A DNA stretch of 64,000 bases from Octopus vulgaris (GCA_951406725.2 OX597833.1:63116001-63180000); one strand, 5' to 3'. Positions 39,922-54,589 are shown, counted from the first letter of the stretch. Numbers and translations are program-made. Notes: generated from the letters alone by a model not told the origin.

Positions 39922-39955
<34 letters not shown>

Positions 39956-40320
39956 CATGCATACATACATACATGCATACATACATACATACATACATAT
40001 ATACATACATGCATACATACATACATACATACATACATACATACATACATACATACATTCATTCATACATACATACGTACATACATATATAAATACATAC
40101 ATATATACGTCCCTACCTATATACGTACGTATATACATGCATACATACATATATATATATATATACATACATGCATACATACGTACATACATACATACGT
40201 ACGGACATATATACATACGTACTTACATACATGTATTCATACGTACACATACAAACATGCATACATACATGCATACATACATACACACATACATACACAC
40301 ATGCATACATACATACATGC
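39300..40320. repeat. (TACA)n microsatellite, about 1 kb
   Basis: Direct reading. Confidence 0.96.
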
Positions 40321-40764
40321 ACACATAACTGGCCTGATATAATTATTCCGAAAGGAAAAGAAGAATCGTATGTAATCAGAGGAGCTAATCGCCCTACAGA
40401 TGCAAACTTCTTTCCCAAAACCAACGAGAAGCCGAACATCTGTGGACAAATGCTGCCAAACTTGCAATTCCTTTCCCATGGTTATAGACTTAAATTCTTG
40501 CCAACAAACTATTGATGCCTTCGGTTACGTTAACAAATGTCCAAGCCACAGTTTGGGAAAGCTAGGATTTTCGAGCAAAGAATATTATATATTCTGTTGT
40601 GTCTGGGGGAGAGTCATTTCCTTTTTGTGTCTTATAATGTAACACACACACCACTAAAATTTCTACTTATTATTTATTCTTCAAGGACACATATGGAGAC
40701 ACGGATCCACACATATAGAGATGCACATCCATCAATAGATACAAACATGGTACATAGTTGCATA

Positions 40765-40797
<33 letters not shown>

Positions 40798-41799
40798 CAA
40801 AGGGCTTCTTTCAGTTTCCGTCTACCAAATCCACTCACAAGGCTTTAGTCAGCCTGAGGCTATAGTAGAAGACACTTGCCCAAGGTGTCACGCAGTGGGA
40901 CTGAACCCGGAACCATGTGGTTCGTTTGCAAGCTACTTACCACACAGCCACACAGCCACAACATGACACACACCAGGCATTCCGTTCATTTCCCATTCAG
41001 GCAAAGAAAGATACCTGCTAGTACGAACTTTACTGATGCAATTTGTAAGCGGAACAATAAAAACATGCAAGGCATTCTTGAAGTTTCGACATTAACCTCC
41101 CTGAAACTGATAGAAAATAATTAGGTTGGGGACAAAGTCGTGGTAGAGGTGGTGATGGTAGCGGTGGATAATGGAGGTGGTAGTCGTAGTAGTGGTGGCA
41201 GTAGAGGTGGTGGTGGTGGTGGTGGCAACGGTAGAAATGGTAACGGTAGTGGTGACGATGGTGGTGATGGCGACGGTGGGGGGGCTGATGATGGCGATGG
41301 TGGTGGAATAGGCGGTGATGGTGGTGATGATTGGGGCTAGAGGTAGACGCGGTTATAGAAGTGGTGGAGGTAACGATGGTGATGGTGGTGGTGATGATGG
41401 TGGTGGTGGTGGTGGTGGTAGAAATGTGACAGCCGTAATGGAGGTGATGGTGGTGGCGGCGGTGGTGTTGTTGCTGGGATACTTGCATGAGAGTGGTGTG
41501 GATGGAGGATAGAGGGGGGTCGAGGAACGTACTTAAGTACTATGACCGTAACCCCCTTTTCGTCCTTCCTTGTTTGGGTTTGAAAACAAAAACCAAACGC
41601 TAAAACCCATAACTTCTTCTCCCCCTCTCTCTCTCTCTCTCTCTCCACACCCCACCCATACACAAATAAATAAATAAATAAATGAATGAATAATGTCACC
41701 AAAAAGATAATGAAAAACAAAAAGAAATAACATTAACGAGAACATCCTCAGCAGAAGGAATGCCTCCTCCCCTCCATCCCCCGAAAGAATTACTTAATG

Positions 41800-42449
41800 A
41801 AAGAAGGGGGAAGGAAGAGAGAGAAGGAAAGAGAGAGAGGAGGAGGAGGAGGAGAAAGAGGGAGGTAGAGATACAGAGAGCAAGATAGAGATAGGGAGAG
41901 AGAGAGAAAGAGAGGAGAGAGAAGAAAAGAAAGAGAAGAAAAGAGAGGGTGAGAATGAGAAAGAGGGTGGTAAATAGAAAGAGAGAAATAGAGCAAGACA
42001 GAGAGAGAGAGGGAGAGAGATTGAAAGAAAGCAAGACAGATAAAAAGATAGATAGATAGATAGACAGAAAGAGAGAGAGAGAGAGAGACTAAGAAAGAGT
42101 ATGAAAGATATAGCAAAAGAGAGATGGCGAGAGAAAGGTGTAAAGGGAGAAAGAAAAAGAGAAACACATAGGAGAGAAAGAGAGAGAGAGAAAGAAAGAA
42201 AGAAAGAGGGAGAGGGATAGGAAGGGAGAGATAGAGAGAAAAAGAGAGAAAGAAAGAGAGAGAGGGATATCAGGGAAAGAGAGAAAGAGAGAGAGGGGGA
42301 GTAAGGGAAAGAGAGAAAGAGAGAGAGGGTATAGGAAGGGAGAGCGAGAGAGAAACAGAGAGAAGGGGAGTAAGGGAAAGAGAGGTGAAGTAAGGGCGAG
42401 AGAAAGAAAGACAGAGAGGGGAAGGAATGGGAGAGAGAGAGATGGAGGC

Positions 42450-42480
<31 letters not shown>
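41800..42480. repeat. Polypurine GA-rich low-complexity tract
   Basis: Direct reading. Confidence 0.9.
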
Positions 42481-43007
42481 CCGAATGAACGAATGATGAC
42501 TTATATGATGAAAGTATTCCCGTTAGGGTCCACAAAGTTAGAGAAGCATTTGCGTAGGGCAAAGCAAAGGAGGGTCCGGGGGGGTTGTTAAAAGGGGATC
42601 TGACACACGTACAGGGACATCACGCGAACAGGGAGGGTACATGGTTGTGGGTGTGTATGGATCGGGGAGGGGGTATGTTGTGATAAGGTGGGTTAAAGGG
42701 ACAGCGTTTTTTTTTTTTTACCTTTTATTTTGTGGTACTTTTTTTTATATATTATTTTTTTTTTACTGTTAAACTATGTTAAACTAGGTCAATGTACCGA
42801 TTAACCTTACAGCCACCTTCCTTTAATGTACTGTCGGGGTTGTGTATCCCCTACCATCCCCCCCACTCTGTAGGCATGTATATATATATATATATATATG
42901 CATATATATATATGCATATATATATGTGTGTGTGTGTATTTATATATGTATGGGTGTATATGTGTGTGTGTGTGTGTGTTTGTGTATAATTATACACCTT
43001 GCTTTGA

Positions 43008-43088
<81 letters not shown>

Positions 43089-43106
43089 CATCATCTATCC
43101 ATCTAT

Positions 43107-43202
<96 letters not shown>

Positions 43203-43957
43203 ATTTATCACATGTACAATGTATATGTGAACAATAGCGTCGTTGCTTAGTTGCGCTCCAATACATATATTCAGTCGTTTACCTATTTATATCTCCCCGT
43301 CTCTCTGTCTCTCCCTCTCTCTGTCTCTCCCTCTCTCTGCCTCTCCTTCTCTCTGTGTCTCCCCTTATCTCTCTGTCTCTCCCTCTCTGTCTCCACACAC
43401 ACAATGTATGTGCATACGTACGTATGTATACGTGTATATATGTATGTATGCATGCATGTATGTAAGTATATATGTATGTATGTATGAGTGTGTGTATGTG
43501 TATGTATTAATGTATGTCTAGTCTTAGCTGTCTGTCTATCTATGCCTCTATCATTTGAGTTCTGTCTCTCTCTATCTCTGTCTCTGTCAGTCTGTCAGTC
43601 TGTCTCCCCCTCTCTCTCCGTCAGTTGAGCCATAAGATATACAGCAAAATGGCGCAGAAAAATTCCACCTTATCTTTCTGAAAATGGATAAGTGAAATTG
43701 AGATAGACGGCAGCAGTAAAGGGAAGCTCTTAAAATTGACAAGAACAGTTTTTGACAAATAGACTTAATATATCGCCCTGCTTGACACCACTGGACTGGC
43801 ACGTGTTTCATCTTTTCCCTTACACTGGCTTGTCCAAAGTTTCTCAATAACCGAAGTACGGACCCTCCTCCGAGGTTGGGTTGGGAGGATGGAAGTGGAT
43901 TGACTATGGAGAGTGGAAAATGGCGGGAAAATTGTCACGGTTTCAGTCATTGTTACG

Positions 43958-44166
43958 TGTTTCAGTCATTTGACTGCGGCCATGCTGGAGCACCGCCTTT
44001 AGTCGGGCAAATCGACCCCAGGACTTTTTCTTTGTAAGCCTAGTACTTATTCTATCGGTCTCGTTTTTTGCCGAACCGCTAAGTTACGGGGACGTAAACA
44101 CACCAGCGTCGGTTGTCAAGCACACAAACATATACACACACATATATACATACATACATACATACA

Positions 44167-44263
<97 letters not shown>

Positions 44264-44417
44264 GACGGGCTTCTTTCAGTTTCCGTCTACCAAATCCACT
44301 CACAAGGCTTTGGTCGGCCCGAGGCTATAGTAGAAGACACTTGCCCAAGGTGCCACGCAGTTGGACTGAACCCGGAACCATGTGGTTGGTAAGCAAGCTA
44401 CTTACCACACAGCCACT
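43958..44417 (-). mobile_element. SINE family A, full copy with expanded internal microsatellite
   Basis: Tail 43958-44121, (TACA)/(CA)/(TA), head/core 44261-44417. Confidence 0.88.
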
Positions 44418-44473
44418 CATATGCCTTTTTAAGATGGTTTCAAACGTTTCAAAAAAGCGACAAGAAACCGAAG

Positions 44474-44614
<141 letters not shown>

Positions 44615-44637
44615 ACACATACACACACACACACACA

Positions 44638-44719
<82 letters not shown>

Positions 44720-45477
44720 AAATCCTAAATGCTGGGACCGATTTGTAACACTTAACCCTTCAGAGTGGTGCTCCAGCATTGCCGCAATCCAGTGAAAGAA
44801 ACAAGATAAAATATAAAAGATAGATGCAAAAGTTTTTTGAGTCGGAAGGGGTGGTGGTGGTGGGGGGAGTGCTGCATTAAATTCTAATAAATTTTGGTGA
44901 CAGTTACACTATCAGTGAGGCAGGGAAAGTCTGTCAATCTGTCTGTTTGTCTGTCTTCCTCCCTCTCCTTTTCTTTCCCCTCACACTCTCTCTCTACCCT
45001 CTCTCTTCCTCTCTCTGTCTCTCTGTGCAGATTTTTAAGTCGGAGACCTGCTGATGTGGCGGGAATTCCATATGACGTAATGAACGAATTAGGAATACAA
45101 TGCTATAATATGGAAACATATGTAACAAACATTCAACTGCTATTGTCCATGCTTCTCTCTTTTTCACACCTGTTGCATAGTTGACCGGTCCTAAATTCTC
45201 TGTGTCCCACTGTCCTGTTATTTGTTGCTTTCTAATCCTTTAGGATGACCTTCTAACCGTTACCCACCAATTTTGTCCTTTTGGTCCTGAGGCGATATTT
45301 TGCTCCTATTTATTTATTTATTTATTTATTTATTTCATCTTTGTCAATCGTCTTAAATTACATCCATTCACTTTCGTATGTCCACGCTGTATTGTTTTGT
45401 TTGCTCTCGACCGTAAATTCTTCGCAACTTTCGCAGACACTGCCAGCGTGATAAGTTCTCAGTCTCATTAATAATGT

Positions 45478-45708
45478 ATTTCTTTACTACCCACAAGGGG
45501 CTAAACACAGAAGGGACAAACAAGGACAGACAAACGGATCATGTCGATTACATCGACCCCAGTGCGTAACTGGTACTGAATTTATCGACTCCGAAAGGAT
45601 GAAAGGCAAAGTCGACCTCGGCAGAATTTGAACTCAGAACGTAACGGCAGACGAAATACGGCTATGCATTTCGCCTGGTGTGCTAACGTTTCTGCCAGAT
45701 CGCCGCCT
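45478..45708 (-). mobile_element. SINE family B, tail type 1 monomer
   Basis: Reverse complement of 19796-20028. Confidence 0.9.
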
Positions 45709-46011
45709 AAAAATATTCTGGAGATGCCGGGGATGCGAAATTGAGTAATACCAAATGGTTGATAACTGATGAAGAATTAGGGACCATCAGTGTCTGTCTG
45801 TCTGTCGTCCCGTTTTATACCCAGTATATGTTATACATCGTTTGTTTATTCACAATCAAGAAAAGCTGAGGTTTCCAGAAAAAGAAGACAACTATTTGAG
45901 ACGCACATTTGCAAATACAGTCTGTAAGCGGAACAGTAAAAATATGCAAGACTTACTTAAGTGAGGCCTAACCAGAAATCATTCAATTGCTTAAACAACG
46001 ACGCGGCTTCA

Positions 46012-46044
<33 letters not shown>

Positions 46045-46736
46045 GATACAGACACACACACAGAAAGTCACTCATACACACTCACTCACATACACATATG
46101 TATGTGTGTATGATATATATATATATATGTATATACATATATATATATATATATATATACTTATATATATATATATACATTGATATACATGCATACATAC
46201 ATACATATGTACATACACATACATACACTCACACACACGCTCGCACACGCTCACATACACACATAGATACATCCATCCATCCATCCATATATATACAGAT
46301 ATATATATATATATATATATGTATATATCATAAAAGGCAGAGAAACTAAGTTATTTCGAAGTATAATTTTTTCCCCGATATTCACTTGTTAATTTTTTTC
46401 TTTCTTTTACTTTGGAAATTTTAAGTTGACTCCATTTCGTTTCTTCAAATTCATGTTTTTACTTCTAAATTTCATTTTTGTTATCTGATATATACCGAGT
46501 AACAGAGTCTACAACATACGCTAAAAGCCATAGAGAAGCTCTTCTATCCCAGAAATTCTTGTTTTTCTTTTTTTTTTTTTTTAATTTTAGAGAAAATTTT
46601 TTTTTATGAATAAATCAATGAAAAATATGGAAAATAAAATGAAGAGCGAAAGACAGAAAGAAAGAAAGAGAAAATGATAGGTATAGGAAGAACAAGAGGA
46701 AAAAGAGAGGCAGTAGGAGGAGGAGGAAGAGGAGTA

Positions 46737-46888
46737 GAAGAAGAAGAAGAAGAAGAAGAAGAAGAAGAAGAAGAAGAAGAAGAAGAAGAAGAAGAAGAAG
46801 AAGAAGAAGAAGAAGAAGAAGAAGAAGAAGAAGAAGAAGAAGAAGAAGAAGAAGAAGAAGAAGAAGAAGAAGAAGAAGAAGAAGAAGA
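46737..46888. repeat. Pure (GAA)n tract
   Basis: Direct reading. Confidence 0.97.
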
Positions 46889-47582
46889 CGAACAAGAACA
46901 AGAAGAACAAGAAGAACAAGAAGAAGATGTATTCCTTGATAGTTTTATTTTCTATAAAGAATTATTGAAATTTTATACATGAAGGATTTTTTTTTTAGCT
47001 TGACAGAGAAAGAAAGGAAAACGAAAATCCATAAAAATATAGATTAAAGATAAATATATATATATAAATAAATAAATAAATATACGAAGCGTAAGAGCAA
47101 ATGTCAAAAGTGAGCTATGTAAATATTTACTTCTAAGTGTATAAAGGCAATCAAATTTGAAACTGTATCAGGTCTGAGTGGGCGAAATAGTCGATAGCAT
47201 CGAGTACTCTGATTGGTCGTTATATTAGGTTACCTGGCAGTAGTTTGTGACCCCCGAAACAGATGATACTGCGACGAATCACGGAGTATGTTGGGTGTTG
47301 AATCTACGAAAATTATACGGCAACTCAACGTTCTGAAAATAATTAGAGGCTCACAATTAATGAACCTGAGCGTGAGTTGAAATTAAAAAAAAAAAAGCTG
47401 AAGGAAAGCTCAAGAGCAGCTGAATGTATAAATATATGTTTTTTCTCTCTCCATTTTTCTTCTCAATACATTCTATCGAAGAGCGTAGGCCCGAAACGTC
47501 GAAGACATTTCCATTTTTCCCCGAGCGTCAAACTAATACACCTGGTTGTTGTTACTTCACCTGTCTTCATCTTATTTTTCCT

Positions 47583-47855
47583 TATTTCTTTACTACCCAC
47601 ATGGGGCTAAACACAGAGGGGACAAACAAAGAAGACAAAGGGATTAAGTCAATTATATCGACCCCAGTGCGTAACTGGTACTTTATTTAATCGACCCCGA
47701 AAGGATGAAAGGCAAAGTCGACCTTGGCGGAATTTGAACTCAGAACGTAACGGCAGGCGAAATACCTATTTCTTTATTACCCACAAGGGGCTAAACACAG
47801 AGGGGACAAACAAGGACAGACAAAGGGATTAAGTCGATTATATCGACCCAAGTGC
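47583..47855 (-). mobile_element. SINE family B dimer (5'-truncated)
   Basis: Two tail1 units joined at GGCGAAATACC-TATTTCTTT. Confidence 0.85.
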
Positions 47856-48587
47856 CGTTGTTTCTACTGTTGCTGCAATTTCAACAGAGCAGACTCCGTT
47901 AAAGGCTCCCAAAGTGCTAGGTGGTAGTGTTGAACGAAATGATGGATTACATCTATTACCCAATTAGGCCATGGCGGGATTTGAACTCAGGACGCGAAGA
48001 GCCGAAACAAAAAGTGCAATTTGGTGTTTCTTTCTTAAAGTTCATCATCCTGGATCGGTGCATATTTTTTTTATCGACCCGAAAGGATGAAAAGCAACGC
48101 TGACCTCGGTGGGCTTTGAACTCACATCGGAAGGAGTTAGAACAAATATCTCTTAGAATTCTGTCCAGTGCTGTAACGACCCTGCCATTTCATCGCTCAC
48201 ATTGCATAAAACCCAAAACAAAGGAGAGTTAATCAACATACACAGCTTCGCTAAAACTCCATCACGGTGTTGAAACGGTCACGTGCCACTCTTTGTCAAC
48301 AAGCGCAATAACAAGAATAACAATAAAATAAATGAAATAAAACAATATAAAATAATTGAAAACTCTTTGTCGAAGAATAGTTAGTGAGTCAGCGAGGTGA
48401 GTTCGAATTGGCTCTGGGTCACACTAACCAGTTCGCTATGTCTCTCTTTTTTTTTTTATATATATTTTCATTTTCATTTTATTTTGAATATTTTTTTTTC
48501 TGACGAGAATTTCCTATGAAACACCTTTTTGTTATATTCAATGCTGTTATTGTTGATGTCGTTGTTCTTGTTTTTTTTTGGTGTTGC

Positions 48588-48628
<41 letters not shown>

Positions 48629-48716
48629 CTGTTGTTCTGGTTTATTGTGGAATTGTGGAAAGAATTGTGCAAGGAATCAGGCTTTGATGGAATAATCCCT
48701 TTTATTCAAACAAACA

Positions 48717-48772
<56 letters not shown>

Positions 48773-49754
48773 GACATATACACATACACATAAATATATG
48801 TTTTTTTACGCACACAAATACACACACACGCACACACACACACATATATATATATATATACAGACATATGCATACATACAACTACATGTATTTTTACGCA
48901 CACACACACACACACACACACGCACACACACACACACATATGCACACACAAACACGCGCACATTGTAGCCCCACCCCCTACAAAAAACAACACACCTCGT
49001 CCATCCTTGCTTCGGGTACAATTCCCCTCTCCCCCACCCGCTCTGCAGAGCCGCTGACCTCGAAGGCATGAAATACAAGACACGAAATGAATACATGAAT
49101 ACATGAATAACAGAATACGGCTAATCTGTTATTCTTCTCTTATAGACAGTTGATTTGTTATTCAACACCGTTCGTTTATTGTTGTTCGTCGCTTTTATTG
49201 TTTTATTTTAATTCAATTTGTTTGTTTGCTTTTTTTTCTCTCTCTCTCTCCTTGTCCTTTTGTGCAGCGTTTTGAAAAACATATTAATGTAGGTTTTCTA
49301 TCACTTCCGGTCCTCCTCCTCTTCCTGCTACTCCTCCTCCTCCTCCTCCTCCTCCTCCTCCTCCACCCCTCCTCCTCCTCCTCCTCCTCCTCTTCCTCTT
49401 CACCCCTCTTCCTCCTCCTCCTCCTCTTCTTCCTCCTCTTCTTCCTCCTCTTCTTCCTCCTCTTCTTCCTCCTCTCCTCTTCTTCCTCCTCTTCCTCCTC
49501 TTCTTCCTCCTCTTCCTCCTCTTCCTCCTCCTCTTCTTCCTCCTCTTCTTCCTCCTCTTCCTCCTCTTCCTCCTCCTATCTCCCTCACCTCCTCCCTCCT
49601 CCTCCTCCTCTCTCCCTCACCTCATCCCTCCTCCTCCTCCTCCTCCTCCTTTCCCCCTAATCTCATCCCCTCATCTCCTCCCACCCTCTCCCCTCCTCAT
49701 CCCCCCAATCCTCTTCATCCGCCCCTCCTCCTCCATGTATGTAGTATGTACAAG

Positions 49755-49955
49755 AAGGCGGCGAGCTGGCAGAAGCGTTAAGCACGCCGAACAAAGACGC
49801 TCAGACGTTCTGGACTGGAGTTCAAATTCTGTCGAGGTCTACTTTGTCTTTCATGCTTTCGCGGTCGATGAAATAAAGACCAGCTGAGCACTTGGGGTCG
49901 ACAGAAAACGACTAGCACACCCCAACCCCAAAAAATTTCAGTCCAATACTAGAAA
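49755..49955 (+). mobile_element. SINE family B, diverged tail type 2
   Basis: AAGGCGGCGAGCTGGCAGAA head and central domain. Confidence 0.7.
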
Positions 49956-50002
49956 GAAAAGAAACAAAAAGTGAATGGATCTATATATGTGTGTGTATCA
50001 TA

Positions 50003-50392
50003 TATGGAAGCACTCCGTCGGTTACGACGACGAGGGTTCCGGTTGAACCCAATTAACGGAACAGCCTGCTCGTGAAATTAACGTGTAAGTGGCTGAGCAC
50101 TCCACAGACACGTGTACCCTTAACGTAGTTCTCGGGGATATTCAGCGTGACACAGAGAGTGACAAGGCCGGCCCTTTGAAATACAAGTACAACAGAAACA
50201 GGAAGTAAGAGAGACAGAGAGAGAGTTGTGGTGAAATAGTACAGCAGGGATCACCACCATCCCTGCCGGAGCCTCGTGGGGCTTTTAGGTGTTTTCGCTC
50301 AATAAACACTCACAACGCCCGGTCTGGGAATCGAAACCGCGATCCTACGACCGCGAGTCCGCTGCCCTAACCACTGGGCCATTGCGCCTCCA
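50003..50392 (-). mobile_element. SINE family C, tail c
   Basis: Same head and body, with a third tail ending CCCTCGTCGTCGTAACCGACGGAGTGCTTCC. A tail-only fragment lies at about 38023-38140 (+). Confidence 0.85.
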
Positions 50393-50403
50393 CGTATCAT
50401 ATA

Positions 50404-51335
50404 TACGAGGGGGCACTCATGAGAGACCAGAATTTTGCAATATTATTTTATTCACTCAGTTTTACATGTTTACACTTTTATGGCCTTCAACGTATTCTCC
50501 ATTTCAATCAATGCATCAGTCTGGATACGTTTTCCACTGTTCAAAGCAGTGTTGGAACTCTTGCGAAGTGATGCCTTTCAATGCTTCCATGGTTTTTTCT
50601 TTGGTTTTTCTATGGTTTTTTTTCCTTCACTTCTTCCACATCTGCAAATTCCGTAGCATCAACCAGCTTCCGTCACCATTGATGACCTTCGAAAAAATGT
50701 CCGGATCAACTTGCAACTGTTCTTCCAGTTCACAAAACGCATTCAGTCGTGACTGCCTTTCATCTTCCGTGAGCAAGCGAGGCACTAATTTTGGTGCAAC
50801 TCTTTTTATTCGCAATTTATCACTCAAAATTCGTTGGCAGGGATCCCAGGACAAAGCAGCCATATTAACAAGTTCATCAATTGTTCGGCGACGGTCCTCC
50901 AAGATCAGTTCATAAATTTTCATGTTTTCATTCGTTCGGTTTGTCGATGGTCGCCCTGAACGAGGTTGGTCCTCAAGTGACAAGTGGCCATTCCTAGAGC
51001 CTGAAAACCAATCGTAAACTTGTGTTTTGCTCATGACAACGACCCCGTAAGCTGTTTGAAGCATGACAACTGTTTCGGCCGCAGTTGGCTCCGGCAGAAA
51101 ACAGAATTTCATGGAAGCTCACCGTTCCTTCGTCACAGCCATCGCAAAAAATCGACGAACAGAGGAGAAGCACTACAAAGACGCACCACGTGACACTACC
51201 ACTTCACACAATGACGCCGGTTGGCAGACTGATGCTTGAGGGTTGCATCAAGTAGCCTCTAGTGGCGGAAACGTGAACTACAACGGGCTTGTACCACAAA
51301 GAAAGTTTCTGGTTACTTTTGGGTTCCCATTCGTG
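50404..51335 (-). mobile_element. Internally deleted mariner element with imperfect TIRs and TA flanks
   Basis: ORF 50627-51112: TAAETVVML..MSKTQVYDWF..EDQPRSGRPST..LVPRLLT..KVINGDGSW, then jumps to the C-term RFADVEEVK..FQHCFEQWK. Ends TACGAGGGGGCACTC..ACCAGAA and TTCTGGTTACTTTTGGGTTCCCATTCGTG. Confidence 0.88.
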
Positions 51336-51348
51336 TATATATATATAT

Positions 51349-51480
51349 AGGCACATGACCTAATGGTTAGAGCCTCGGACTCACAATCATGTGGAGGAGG
51401 AGGGAAGAAAGAAGGGAGGAGAAAGAGATGAGGAGGAGGAAGAGGACCGGAAATGATAGAAAACCTACATTAATATATAT

Positions 51481-51544
<64 letters not shown>

Positions 51545-51957
51545 TTTTATACGCTTTAGCTAATGGTTAGAGCTTTGGATTCACAATCATGAGGTAGTGA
51601 GTTCGATTCCTGGACTGGGCTGTGTGTTGTATTCTTGAGCAAGACACTTTATTTCACGTTGCTCCATTTCACTCGGATGTAGAAATGAGTTGTGACATCA
51701 CTGGTGCCAAGTTGTATTGGCCTTTCCATCGATGGCGTGGAAAAGGGAGCTGGTATGTATAGACAACGTGGAGGCACATGGCCTAGTGGTTAGCTGATTT
51801 TACGTTCTGAGTTCAAATTCCGCCGGGGTCGACCGACTTTGCCTTTCATCCTTTCGTGGTCGATAAATTAAGTACCTGTTGAGTATTGGGGTCGATCTAA
51901 TCGACTGGCCCCTTCCCTCAAAATTTCGGGTCTTGTGCCTAGAGTAAAAAAGATTAC
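51349..51957 (+). mobile_element. Rearranged tRNA-SINE cluster (duplicated head, CORE-like body, then a C-type head fused to a SINE B body)
   Basis: TAATGGTTAGAGC..TCACAATCATG at 51361 and 51561; TTCTTGAGCAAGACAC; GGAGGCACATGGCCTAGTGGTTAG followed by the SINE B body. Confidence 0.7.
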
Positions 51958-52183
51958 TCTCTTAGCTGATCGAGTGCTTTTCTACGTGTTGAAGCCTTGT
52001 CCCCACCAAACACACATACATACACACACATGTAAATACATACATACCCAAACACACGTACATACACTCTGTTGTATGTATGCATGTACATGTATGTACA
52101 TACAAACATATAACCACTCACATACATGTGCGTATATGGGTGTGTGTGTCCATGTGTCCATTGTGTGTGCGTGTGTGCGTGTG

Positions 52184-52235
<52 letters not shown>

Positions 52236-54379
52236 GAGTGTGTGGTGTATACCGAAGCGCTCAAGGCATTCTTTCCCTCGTTATCTTCTCACAAATCATA
52301 TGTATTTTTTTTTTACCAAATGTTAGGAACTTTCGACTCCAAAACAAAGATTTTTCTCCCCCCCCCCTCCACCAAAAAAACCCCAAAACAAAAGATAAAA
52401 TAAGAAAAAGTTCCCAAACAGAAAAACAGTTGTAAATAAATAAATGAAAAAAAAAAACATAAAAAGAACATTTGAATTTACAACCAAAAGAAATAAACAA
52501 CACCAGCAAAAAAAAAAAAAAAAGAAAAAATTAAAAGACATAAAAAGCAAGGACTAATAAATAAAAAGTGAAAAACCAATCGACCAATATCGATCTTGTA
52601 AGTTCATTTATTGTCTGAAAAATATTTCAGTAATTAATCATTTTTAATAATTTATAACATTGTCTGACTAAAATCTTTCATAGCTTGACATTTGGGAAAC
52701 ATTTGTTGTTGTTGTTATTGTTGTTGTTGTTGTTGTGCTTTTCGTGTTTTTTGTTGTTTGGATTGTTGTTATGGTTATCTTTTTGTTTCTCTCTTCCTTC
52801 TTGTGCTTTTTTGTTAAGTGTTTCTGTCCTTGAACTGCGGCAATGCTGGGAGCCCCTCCGCCTCGAAGAGTTTTTATTTTGTTCCTTGGAACAAATCAAC
52901 CTCGGCACTTATTTGTTTTTAAAGTCTGGTACTCGTTCTACCGGCTGTTAAGCGGCGGCGGTGGGAAGACAAACACAAACGCGATGATAAAACCACACAC
53001 ACACACACACACGCGCGCGCGCACATACATATATATATACGACTGGCTTCTTTCAGTTTCCGTCTACCAAATCCTTTCACAAGGCTTTAGTCGAATCGAG
53101 GCTATAGTAGAAGATACTTGCCCAAGGTGCCAAGCAGTGGAACTGAAACAGGAATCTATCTGTCTATATGCTTGTCTATCTGTCTGTCTGTCTGTCTATC
53201 TATCTGTCTATCTATCTGTCTGTCTATCTGTCTGTCTGTCTGTCTATCTGTCTGTCTGTCGGTCTAATCTGTCTGTCTATATATCTGTCTCTGTCTATCT
53301 ATCTGTCTCTGTCTGTCTATCTGTCTGTCTGTCTATCTATCTGTCTATCTATCTATCTGTCGGTCTATCTGTCTGTCTATATATCTGTCTCTGTCTGTCT
53401 ATCTGTCTGTCTGTCTATTTGTCTATCTATCTATCTGTCTGTCTATCTGTCTGCCTGTCTATCTATCTGTCTGTCTATCTATCTGTCTGTCTATCTGTCT
53501 GCCTGTCTATCTATCTGTCTGTCTATCTGTCTGCCTGTCTATCTATCTGTCTGTCTATCTCTCTGCCTGTCTATCTATCTGTCTGTCTATCTATCTGTCT
53601 GTCTGTCCTACGTACATCGTTCTTATGGCAACACCACCAACACAAATAAATAACCCCTCTACCATCACCACCAGCACCTAGCTACCACCACCACGACCAC
53701 CACCACCACCACGACCACCACCACCACTACAACCACCACCACTGTCACTATCGCCTTCACCAGCGCTACCACCACCAACACTATCACCACTACTACTATC
53801 ACCATCACCACCACCAGTACTGACATCACCACCACCACCACCACCTCTGCCAGCACTACACCCCACACCACCACCACCATCACTACCACCACACCTACCC
53901 ATACCGCATCCTTACCTGCTGTCACCGCATCTGCCATTGCTACCCCACCCGACCAACGATGGATAAAGTTTCCAATATCCGGCTGATATTACCAGTTCAA
54001 AGTTTTTTTTTGTTGAAACAGATAACTACTACCACCACCACCACCACAACATCCACCACCACTACTACTACTACTACCACCACCACCATCACCACCACCA
54101 CCACCACCACCACCAACAACTACTACTACTACTACCACAACCACCACCACTACTACTATCACCACCACTACTACTAATACCACCCCACCCCCACCCCACC
54201 CACCCCACACTACTACTACTACTACTACCACCACCACCACCACTACTACTACTACTGCCCCACCCACCACCACACTACTACTACTACTACTACCACTACC
54301 ACTACCACCACCACCACCACCACCACCACCACCACCACCACCACCACCACCACCACCACCACCACCACTACCACTACCA

Positions 54380-54468
<89 letters not shown>

Positions 54469-54589
54469 AGAAGTGTGTTGCGGTTTGCTTGAAGTAGTAT
54501 TGTTATACAGAAATAGAAAAGAATGAATAAAATCAAAGATAAGAGAAGCTGATGACAATGCACAAAGTTTAAAAAAAAACAGTTGGGGA

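Noticed and set aside
39025-40342. YIHT/MYVC repeat ORFs (also 61083-62954)
   Set aside because: Translations of (TACA)n microsatellite.
45000-45184. Possible host exon after a pyrimidine tract and CAG (FLSRRPADVAGIPYDVMNELG)
   Set aside because: The tract is a CT microsatellite, the peptide is unrecognisable and there is no convincing donor site. RNA-seq would be needed.
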